Source: Octopus vulgaris (lineage: Eukaryota). Taken from it: a stretch of 64,000 nt of DNA. A model generated the notes under the pieces. It was not told the origin of the DNA. It ran no database searches and saw only the letters and a program-made list of their open reading frames with translations. Each line of letters starts with the position of its first letter. The stretch's first letter is position 1. Positions 53,997 to 64,000 of this stretch are shown piece after piece. The stretch spans positions 203,174,001 to 203,238,000 of the forward strand of contig OX597814.1 of NCBI GenBank assembly GCA_951406725.2. Reading direction: 5' to 3'. A program made the translations under genes and the position numbers.

Positions 53997-54512
53997 CGGG
54001 GTGGCCCAAAAGTGGGTTTACAGTTATTCAACTATCTCTTTCGCTTTCAAATATTAACAGCTTAGATCTTAATTATAAAAACATGACAGTCCCATAAAGG
54101 GAATTACACCACCGCTGTTTAGCCCTAAGAAGCATTGACGCTTCCTGTTGGCTTTGACACATTTCCTGTGTCCTTATATTTGCAAAGGGGAGGCAAGCAC
54201 CCCCACCAGCTAGGACTAGCAACCTGAAGACATGCATGTTTCTGGGTTTTGCCCATCATCAGTCCAGGGTATTAAGTCCTGCTAGTTGAGATACCTGCCA
54301 AACCTTCGCAAATGTATATATTTACAGCGAAATCTATTCACTGGTCACTGTAATTAGAAATATTTCTAATTACATTATTCTATGCTAATTTAGTTAATTT
54401 TGTCAAGTTCCCTTTTCAGTTTGTAAGATAAGAATTTAAATGTAATAAAATGTTTTAAAAGAAATTTAAAGTACGTACATGAAAACTGTAAACCTACTTT
54501 TGGGCCACCCTG
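53997..54512. mobile_element. Tc1/mariner-like MITE containing the hammerhead element
   Basis: 29-bp TIRs C(A/G)GGGTGGCCCAAAAGT(A/G)GGTTTACAGTT; TA at right flank (CA at left). Confidence 0.75.
54223..54268 (-). ncRNA. Type I hammerhead ribozyme, canonical core
   Basis: Minus strand: CCUGGA-CUGAUGA-UGGG caaaa CCCA-GAAA-C AUGCAU GUC-UUCAGG. Stems I and II pair; stem III is palindromic; GUC cleavage triplet; stem I extends further (AGGACU/AGUCCU). Confidence 0.85.
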
Positions 54513-54690
54513 TATTTTCGTATCAGATTTATTTTCCACAAAACGTCTTATTCTGCTGCCACTGCTCAAGGAAAGTAAACTTTGTTTTTCATCTTTTTTC
54601 AAAAGTAATATGTGTGTGTGTGTGTGTGTAAAAAATATTTCTTTATTCATGAAAATTCACAAAGAGAATATATTACTGATTTCTTTGAAG

Positions 54691-54842
54691 GTGGTGACCC
54701 ATTTGAAGAATTTGAATTGAATCCTAAATCCGGACTGTTAACAACAAAAGTATCATTCCAAGACCGTCTGTCTGGTTCTCGTATGTTGTTTGTGGAAGCA
54801 AAAGATGGCGGTTATCCCGATGCTTTAAGTGACGTTGCCAAA
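54691..54842 (+). CDS. Cadherin exon 13 (GDPFEEF...AKDGGYP...VAK)
   Basis: ttgaAG / GTAAAT; 152 nt, phase 1/0. Confidence 0.9.
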
Positions 54843-56914
54843 GTAAATTTCAGTTTCTTTTACTTTTAAATATATGCAAAAATTCTTCTATAACCATCAA
54901 TTTTTACCATTTTTATGTATTTTATGCTAAAACCTACAAAGTCTACATACTAACCACCCACCCTTTCTGCTACTCTATCTTATTTTCTCTCTTATATTCT
55001 CTTTATACCTTGAGGGTCTTTCCTCACCATCTCTTTCAAGTTCGCTAAATAGGTACCAGTTGAGTACTAGGGTTGATGTAATTCACTTACCTCCTATCCC
55101 AAACTTGCCTTCAGTAAGACACCTGTTCCTGACCTTCTATCATACTTTAACTTCTCATCACCTAGCACAAAGCCATCTCCCTCAACACTACACTCCCAAT
55201 CAGTTGAGGAAGGGCTTGTCTTGTGAGTTACTCAATGACTTCACTAATACTGTTGCCACATAGAAAGCAGCCCCTACACTCTCTAAAAAGTTGGTGTTGG
55301 GGCATTCCGCTGTGTAGAACCAAAGCCAACTTTGGTGTATGGCAGTTCTTGGCCTCAATGCTTGCTGTCACACTGTCCAACTCATGACAGCATGTAAAAC
55401 AGATACTAAATGATGATGATGATGATTTATGCATATATATATATATTTGCCAACCACATGCTTCTGGGTTTAGTCCAACTGCATGGCACCTTGGGCAAGT
55501 GTCTTCAACTATAGCCTCAGGCCAACCAAAGCCTTGTTAGTGGATTTGGTAGACAGAAATTGAAAGAAGCCCATCATATATATATGTGTGTGTGTGTATA
55601 TATATATATCAGAGTGGTTGGCATTAGGAAGGGTCAGGATAAGAAACAGGAAGAAACTCTGAGAGAAAGTTGGGGCGAAAGAGTACAACAGGGGTCGCCA
55701 CCACCCTCTGTCAGAGCCTCGTGAAGCTTTAGGTGTTTTCGCTCAACCCATGCTTGCATGGAAAGCGGACGTTAAACAATGACTATGTATGTATGTATTT
55801 GTGTGTGTCCCTACCGTAGCTTCACAACCAATGTTGGTGTGTTTATGTCCCTGTAACCAAGCCAAAACAAGCTGTGACTCCTGATGTGGCCCCTGGCCTT
55901 ACTAGTTCCTGTCAAGCTATTCAAATGGACATTAAATGATGATGAATTGTAATGCTTATTTATTCACATAGTTTTGAATTAGTCATGCATCATCATCTCA
56001 TAGCTTCAGTATTTCGATGATGTGATTGTTTATTTTTAGAATGACTAGGATAGGTGTAAGAGGCCAGATCTGGCTGTTTTGAATATAAAACAGAATTTTT
56101 GGACTGAATATGGCCAATTTGAATGTTAAAGGGTTAAATGTGAAGGAAAGGAAAAATGAATTTTTGATGCTTACTCTTGGTCCCCAACTTGACTATTATG
56201 TTTTTATATGAATGCATTCCTGGGTAATTTCTGCCATCATTATGGTAATGCTTGACTTGCCTGCATGTTACTGAGGAGGCTGAATAAGACAGTTACAAAT
56301 ACATCCAGAGTTGTTGCCCTTATGCTACAGTAGACTCAAGCTTTGTTTGGGACAAAATTATATTGATAAAAGTCCAGATCAGAGTCTCCTCAGCAGTTTA
56401 TTTTTAGATCATTTCAATTCCAAGGGTTGTCTCCCCTACCTTTATGGACCAGAATTGATTAGATATTTTTTGCTTTTTACTGGTTTCATTCATTGGACTG
56501 TGGCCATTCTGGGGCACTGCCTTGAAGAGCATAGTTGAACAAATTGACCTTAACACTTATTTTTTTGTATGCCTGGAACTACCACAGACACACACATACA
56601 TACATGTGTGTGTGTATATGATGAGCTTCCACACAGTGAGACTGAGCCCAAAATGACATAGTTGCAAAGCAAGCTTCTTATCCACACACCCATGCCTCTG
56701 AATTTGTCTTTTTATTACTGTAGATGTAATTTTAAATAATTAAATAATTAAAATTTCTTGGCTTACTACATCAAATGAGCTAGTGCACACTTTACTGTCT
56801 ATTTTCTATGTAGCAGGTGTCCCTCAGTATGTTAAGCTCACATAAGAACTGTGTTACCATTCCTGAAAACTCCTCCTTTTAATAATCCTCCACCCATTTT
56901 TCTTTCTATTTCAG

Positions 56915-57107
56915 GTACATATTGAAGTTATTCAGCTCAACCAACATGCGCCCAAGTTTACCTTGTCTGTATTTCGGGCTAATGTTACTGAGGAAAAGGT
57001 TATACGTAAGTTCCTGCAACTTAGAGCAAGTGATGAAGACCCAGATGATAAAATAGCGTATCATCTTCTCAGCTCCTCAAATGCAGAAAGTACAGTGAAT
57101 TGGACAG
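56915..57107 (+). CDS. Cadherin exon 14 (VHIEVIQLNQHAPKF...DEDPDD...NWT)
   Basis: tttcAG / GTAAAC; 193 nt, phase 0/1. Confidence 0.88.
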
Positions 57108-57130
57108 GTAAACTAGTTTTAAAAGCTTAA

Positions 57131-57348
57131 CCCTTTAGCTTTTAAACTGGCCATCTCCAGCCTAAATATTCTACTTGATTTTATGTCCAAACTGACTAGA
57201 TCCAACCTCTCACACCTACCCTACAATGTCATACTAAAAGTATACAACCCCATCATCAAAATCTCAAAATTACAAGATAATACATGATTAATTCAAAACA
57301 TGAATAAATAAACTTTATATTTGACAAACTAATCTGAATGCTAAAGAG
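57131..57348. mobile_element. piggyBac-like MITE, second family
   Basis: TTAA|CCCTTTAGC...GCTAAAGAG|TTAA; related copies at ~60110-60293 and ~55950-56133. Confidence 0.7.
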
Positions 57349-58901
57349 TTAAAGACTTATCTGTATATTTCTTACTTTTTAAGTCAATTTTCTTATTTTC
57401 TTAAAATATTGTTGTTCTTTTTTTTTTTTTTTTGCCTTTGTGCCATAGTTCATCATCTTTGTGATATTTCAGTATAGATATGACTATTTAAAAAATACTA
57501 ATATTTCACTAAGTGTATCTTGCTTTTTAGAAAAGATACACTATATCTTTGCAAGTGATGAGGGGTGTTTAAGACTGTTGGCATCAAGGCTATTTTCCCA
57601 TAAAATATTACCTCTAAAATTCCCAGCATAAAACAACATTGAACCTGAAACTATGTGGTTGGGAACCAAGCTTCACAACCACTCAACCATGCCTGTGGCT
57701 ATATTATTATTATTGAGAGAGATGCCAGTAAGTACTCCAAGTGATGCTGGGGTACAAATATACAAAGTTCAATATACCCATCATGACTACCCATCTGATA
57801 AGGATTCACCAGGCACATGCATCTCAACCATATGTGTATGACATGGTGACTTCATATCAAATTAAGCAACACATGACCTTTCAGATGGGGCCCAGTTATA
57901 ATTTTCTTCAGTTTGAGTAGCCCATCTTGCTCAAAAGGTCCCTGAATAAGGGTTGTTTAAGGATGATGAATGGAACACCAATGTTTCCAGGGGTGAATTA
58001 TTCGAACCCCAAAGAATTCCTCTCAACACATGGCCATGATGCTCCTCTATTTCTGCTTGTGATCAGAGATGCACATATCATCAGACGCTAAGGGATATGC
58101 TCAACTGATTAAGGTCAAGCAACTGACAAACAAATCTGTGGTATTCATCAGCATCATCATCATCATTTAATGTGTGCTTTCCATGCTGGCATGGGTTGGA
58201 AGAGTTGACTAAGGACTGACAAGCCAGGAGGCTACGCCAGGCTCCAATGTGATCTATTGAGCAGAATATTTACTGTAGCCCATCTTTTTATACCAAGACA
58301 ATGTACATGATAACACTTCCAATCAGTTAAGATCAGACGCCATGAGAGTCACTGCCTGGTACTGCATCAGGGCATTTATTATTATTGTTAAGGTTGTGGC
58401 ACATATAAAGCACCATTTGAGTGTGGCCGTTGCCAGTACCGCCTGACTGGCCCTCGTGCCGGTGACACATAAAAGAACCCACTACACTCTCGGAGTGGTT
58501 GGCGTTAGGAAGGGCATTCAGCTGTAGAAACTTTGCCAGATCAGATTGCAGCCTGGTGCAGCTATCTGGTTCGCCAGTCAAATCGTCCAACCCATGCTAG
58601 CATGGAAAGTGGACGTTAAACGATGATGATGATGTTGTGAGCTGACAGAATTATTAGCAAATCAAGCAAAATGCTTAATATCATTTTGTCTGTCTTTATG
58701 TTCTGAGTTCAAATACAGCTGAGGTCAACTTTCGCTTTTATCCATTCTGGGTCAATAAAATAAATACCTGTGGAACACTGAGGATGATGATGTCAACTTA
58801 AATATTCCCCTAAAATTGATAGCCTTGTGCCAAAATTTGAAACCATTATTATGTAATATTATTGGTTACTAGCTGTCAGCAATATATTTTTGTTATTTCA
58901 G

Positions 58902-59122
58902 ATTATTTCAGCATTTCATCTTCTGGTTGGATCAGTGTGAAGAATAAAATAGACAGAGACACTTTGAATATTTCTCAAGCATCGCTGACTGTTTATGCTG
59001 TGGATAATGGACTTCCACCCAAAACCGGCTCTACACTGCTTCTTGTAAATATTAGTGATATTAATGACAATATTCCAGATTTTGTAGGATATAACATGAC
59101 ATACGTCATTGAAATACCTCAA
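58902..59122 (+). CDS. Cadherin exon 15 (YFSISSSGW...IDRD...DINDNIP...EIPQ)
   Basis: tttcAG / GTAAGT; 221 nt, phase 1/0. Confidence 0.93.
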
Positions 59123-60747
59123 GTAAGTTTGAGTTTTTCTTTCGATAACTCTTTATTGTGCAAACATCAGACCACAAAATATTTACTGCTTCTAGTACAG
59201 AGACAAGGATAGATTCTTTTAGTGGTGTTGGAGTGGAGATGTTGATTATATCAACTTTAATACTTTATTGGTGGGTTCAATTCCTGTGCAGGGCCACACA
59301 TTGTGCCCTTGAGCAATGTACTTCATTTCACAATCCTCCAGTCAATACGGCTAAAAATGAGCACAAGTCAACTGCTGAGTCAACCCCCCCTCCACCTCAC
59401 ACACACACACACACACATATCCTGGATATTCTGCTGGGTCAAAGGAAAGAAGGAGGCAAGAAGGTGTCTGTATCTACTTCTGACTAATTAGGCATCTAAA
59501 ACAGTTAATGAAAGCTTAGTACATGCTACCTTAGCGAAGTTGCAAGTGGCAGCTATGGACAACTTGTTTTTTTTTTTACTTTGTAGATGCATTATTTTTA
59601 TTGACTTCCAGAAGAAAAACAAACAAAATTGGCAACAGCAGGGTTTGAACTCAGAACATAAAGAGCCAGGACAAATATACATATGCCAAAAGCATTTTGT
59701 TGGACATTCCAACAATTCTGCCATATTTTCCTTTATCCCATTCTTTAATGGAAACTAATTAACTCTAATGAAAAACACTTCCTTTTTCATTAATTAATAT
59801 GGCATTTGTTTCAGGGTTGCAAGCTAGCAGAATCGTTAGCACACCGGGCGAATTACTTAGCAGCATTTCGCCTGCTGTTTCATTCTGAGTTCAAATTCCA
59901 CTGAGGTCAACTTTGCCTTTCATTCTTTCGGAGTCGATTAAATAAGTACCAGTTACGCACTGGGGGTCGATGTAATCGACTTAATTTTTTTGTCTGTCCT
60001 TCTTTGCATTAAAGAAATCAATATGGCATTTGTTTCTGTTGTTTTTTTTATAATATAACAAAATGGGTTTTTTTTGCACATAAAATTATAATGGACAGTT
60101 TTAACTCAACCCTTTAGCTTTTAAACCACTCATATACCAAGGCCAAATATTCAATGTGTTTTATGTTCAAACTGGCCAGATTCAGCCTCTCACACCTACA
60201 AATAAACCATCACATCAAAACCACAAGATAATGCAGGATTAATTGAAAACAATAAGTATTATATTTAAAAGAGTAATCTGAATGCTTAAAGGGTAAAATA
60301 TAACTATTTAAAACTGTTTTGTATGAAAGAACCAGAAGCAGTCTGGGGTAAGATGGTACCAAAACAGGTTTGCTCTTAATAGGAAAATACTCAAAGACAG
60401 CCAGCTGGCAAAATCATTAACACACTGGGTGAAATGCTTAGCAGCATTTTATTCATCTTTATGTTCTGGGTTCAAATTCTGCCGAGGTCAGCTTTGTCAT
60501 TCATCCTTACTGGGTCAATAAAATAAGCACCGGTTGAACACTGGGATCAATGTAATCGACTTACCCCTCCCCCAAAATTGCTGGCCTTGTGCCAAAATTT
60601 GAAACCAATATGAAAATACTCTGGAACCTACAATACGTGGTCAGCTACAATTTTAAATGTTCTCTTACAATATTTTTATTTTGCTTTTCTTTTGAAGCAA
60701 TATCAATGATTTTAGAAAGCCCTGATTGTACGTTTTATATTTTACAG

Positions 60748-60972
60748 AATACACAAGGAAACAAAGAATGGTGGCTTCCAGAAGCCTTAGATCCTGATGA
60801 AGGTCAGAATGCTAAGGTGAAATACAGTGTACAGTTTGTACCCAACGAAGATCCAGAGATGACAGCATTGTTTGATGAGGTATTCTCCGTCAGCAAAGAC
60901 TTACGCAAACTTATCATCAAAAAACCTTTACCGACAAGCAGTTGGAGACCAGAAAATTTCAGTGTTGCACTT
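60748..60972 (+). CDS. Cadherin exon 16 (NTQGNKEWWLPEALDPDEGQN...FSVAL)
   Basis: ttacAG / GTAAGT; 225 nt; DPDEGQN motif. Confidence 0.9.
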
Positions 60973-62429
60973 GTAAGTTCTTCTAAACCTAACCCTAACC
61001 ATGTCTACATTTCTTGATTTATTTCAAGGAAAGGCAAGATTCCACTTTCCTAGTTATTTTATTCAAATTAAGAATCTTAAAAGGAAAACTAGCTCAGGCT
61101 AATGTAAGTTCTAAAATATCTTAATGATAGCCTCCACTTCAGTAAAGTATATACAAATCAAAGTCCAAAAATAGCAACTAAATCACTCTTAGATCATGCT
61201 CCACTGTCTGAAAATAATTTAGTATATACATTGGACTATGTAGTGCTTGACCGTTGTCATCTGCCTGCTGGATCGTGCATGGCCTGAGACTAAATAACTG
61301 TAGGTACAGGTATGGTTGTGTGGTAAGAAGCTTGCTTCCCAACCACATGGTTCCAGGTTCAGTCCCACAGCATGGCACCTTGGAAAAGTGTCTTTTACTA
61401 TAGCCCTGAGCTAACCAAAACCTTCTGACTGGATTTGGTAGACAGAATCTGAAAGAAGCCTGTCATGTGTGTGTATGTGTTTGTCCCACACCATCACTTG
61501 ACGACCAGTGTTGGTTTGTTTACGTCCCCATAACTTGAAAGTTCAGCAAAAAGAAGCTGACAGAAGCTTTAATAAAAATAAGTACTATGGAGTGGTGCAG
61601 GTAGTGATTTGGTTGACTAAAAGTTCTTCAAGGTGGGGCCTCAGCATGGCCGCAGTCCAATGACTGAAAAATGTAAAAGAGAGAGAATATCAATAGCAGT
61701 GGATAATGTTTGCGTATTGTGTCGAAAATAATTCTGAACATTTTTAAAGTAAAATAAAACTGTTTCAAATTAAAATGGTAAGCTGGGGACAGTTTCTACC
61801 TTTCATTACTCGGGGCAGGGCGGGTGGGGAGTGTAATTGACTAACCCCCACCCCTCAAAATTACTGGCCTTGTATCTGAATCAGAAGACATTTAAAGGCA
61901 GTAAGCTTCATTAGCATGGAGGTACATGGCCTAGTGGTTAGAGCAGTGGGATCGCGGGTTCGAATCTCAGACCGGGTGATGTGTGTGTTTGTGAGCAAAA
62001 CACCTCTAAGCTCCATGCGGCTCCGACAGGAGGTAATGGTGAACCTCTGCTGACTTTTTCACCACACCTTTCTCTCACTCTTTCCTCCTGCATCTAGCAG
62101 CTCACCTGCAATGGACCAGCGTCCTGTCCAGGTGGAGAACCTATATGCCAATGAAACCAGGAAACCAGCCCTTATGAGCCAGACATGGCTCAAGAAGGAA
62201 CAAACAACAACAAACTTCATTAGCACATCAAACAAAATACTCAGTAGCATTTCTTCTGGCTTCTTTTTATGTTCTGAGTTCAAATCCTGCCAAGGTCAAC
62301 ATAGCCTTTCATCTTTTGAGGGCCAATAAAAATGTATCACTTGAGCACTGGGATCAATGTTATCAACTAACACCCTTAACCTTAAATAGCTGACCGTGGG
62401 CCAAAATTTGAAATACTCATTATTGCTAC

Positions 62430-62474
<45 letters not shown>

Positions 62475-62487
62475 TGTCTTTGTTCAG

Positions 62488-62614
62488 CTTTCCTACAGAG
62501 CTCGAAATGTTGCTCCCCTTGAGAAAGCAACAAAACAGTCAGGAAGAGATGAAATTTATATCCGTGTAAAAATGATCTCCAACAATACCAATTTCTACCA
62601 ACCACACTTCATTG
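62488..62614 (+). CDS. Cadherin exon 17 (LSYRARNVAP...TNFYQPHFI)
   Basis: gttcAG at 62486-87 is the only nearby acceptor that keeps the frame open; GTAAGT donor; 127 nt, phase 0/1 as required to link exons 16 and 18. Confidence 0.8.
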
Positions 62615-63634
62615 GTAAGTTTTCAAACTTGTTATCTTGAGTTCCATTTGATATTGACCAAACTGCTGTCAAAGGAAATTTTTTTCATTCCTAGAAGGAG
62701 AGAGCCTGGTGCAGCCATCTGGTTCGCCAGTCCTCAGTCAAATCGTCCAACCCATGCTAGCATGGAAAGCAGACGTTAAACGATGATGATGATGACGACA
62801 TAAGGTGGCAAGCTGACAAAATGCAGAATCTATCTTTCCAGTTCTGCCCTCAGTTACTCCCACTCCCTCTTCAACAATACGAGTAGCCATGTAGCTCCTT
62901 TACTACCAGAAATCTTTTCTCTTCTATCCTTTCTTTCATACTTTATCCCCTCATCTCCTAGAATGGAGCTACCTCCCTCTCTACTGTAACCCAACAATGT
63001 TGAAAGGGAGCATAATTTTGTGAGTTACATGGTGACTCCACTGGTGTTGGTGCCACATGGAAAGGAAATAGTAGTTGTGATACCTGTGCCGGCGGCACGT
63101 AAAAAGCACCATCTGAACGTGGCCGATGCCAGCGCCACCTCGACTGGCTTCTGTGCCAGTGGCACATAAAAAGCACCCACTACACTCATGGAGTGGTTGG
63201 AGTTAGGAAGGGCATCCAGCTGTAGAAACATTGCCAGATCAGACTGGAGCTTGGTGCAGCCTTCTGGCTCCCCAGACCCCAGTCGAACGGTCCAACCCAT
63301 GCTAGCACAGAAAACGGACGTTAAATGATGATGATGAAGGATGTCTATCCATAAAAACCATTCCAAAGCTGACATTGGGACACAGTGTTGTCATCAGATC
63401 CATTAGAGTTTGTTAAACCAGCCAAACTCACACCAGCATGGAAGAGGGTCATTGGAGGAGGAGGACTAGGGGGTTAATTCACTGGAAACACTTATTGTTC
63501 ACAAGTCACTTTTGTTTCTGTGTCGGTTGTGATATAGAACTCAACTTAATGTGTGTTGTGTGTGTCTGTGTGTGTGTGTGTGTGAGAGAGAGAGTCTAGT
63601 TTCCACAGAGTCTAACTATTCTTTATTTTTCCAG

Positions 63635-63771
63635 GTGTTACTGATCCCTTGATTCTGTCAATATCAGAAAACACTTCAATTGGAGCAAACCTGTTCCAGT
63701 TTACTGCAATCGATGGTGATAAAGGCTCAAGTGAAAACATTACCTATTCCATGCAAACAAATAGTGCGAAG
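63635..63771 (+). CDS. Cadherin exon 18 (VTDPLILSISENTS...DGDKG...SAK)
   Basis: ttccAG / GTGAGT; 137 nt, phase 1/0; gene continues past the window. Confidence 0.92.
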
Positions 63772-63910
63772 GTGAGTAAAGTTTTATGTTTAATCAGCCA
63801 GCCCTGGCATTCAATGCAATCTTATTCCATCCTTATTCTAATGGTTTTGGTCAGATCAGTAAAACTATGCACAGGGTTCTAATGAAATCCTGATGTTTAT
63901 TTTGATCTAA

Positions 63911-64000
63911 TCTCTATATATATAAACGGCAAAATGTTTGTTTGTGTGTTTGTCCTTTATACAAATCCACAATTTTTCAGTTAGAGGGCTTGCACTTTCT
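63911..64000 (+). mobile_element. 5' part of a second copy of the same Helitron
   Basis: TCTCTATATATATAAACGGCAAAA...GTCCTTTATACAAATCCACAAT shared with the 48886 copy. Confidence 0.75.

Noticed and set aside
58902-58911. Duplicated acceptor TTATTTCAG-ATTATTTCAG
   Set aside because: The second AG is 10 nt downstream and would shift the frame; no evidence of use.

Overview
AT-rich, microsatellite- and SINE-saturated animal genomic DNA; the repeat landscape suggests an octopus/coleoid cephalopod (inference). The whole window lies inside one large + strand gene. 18 GT-AG exons (3403-63771) splice with consistent phases into an open 4128-nt / 1376-aa internal segment of a giant cadherin (about 12 complete plus 2 partial EC repeats; Fat/Dachsous/CDH23-like size class; start and end lie outside the window). 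Introns contain several tRNA-headed SINE families, MITEs (Tc1/mariner-, hAT-, piggyBac-like), Helitrons, a solo LTR and a 1.43-kb tandem duplication. The notable hidden signal is more than a dozen type I hammerhead-ribozyme motifs from roughly seven unrelated AT-rich element families, mostly in foldback structures in (TA)n tracts or with 12-bp TSDs, resembling Penelope-like pLTRs/retrozymes. Across families the core 3-8 pair covaries (C3:G8, U3:A8, G3:C8). One foldback carries 20 nt matching the neighbouring cadherin exon in its loops. All analysis was by eye; no database search or folding program was run, and repeat boundaries are approximate.
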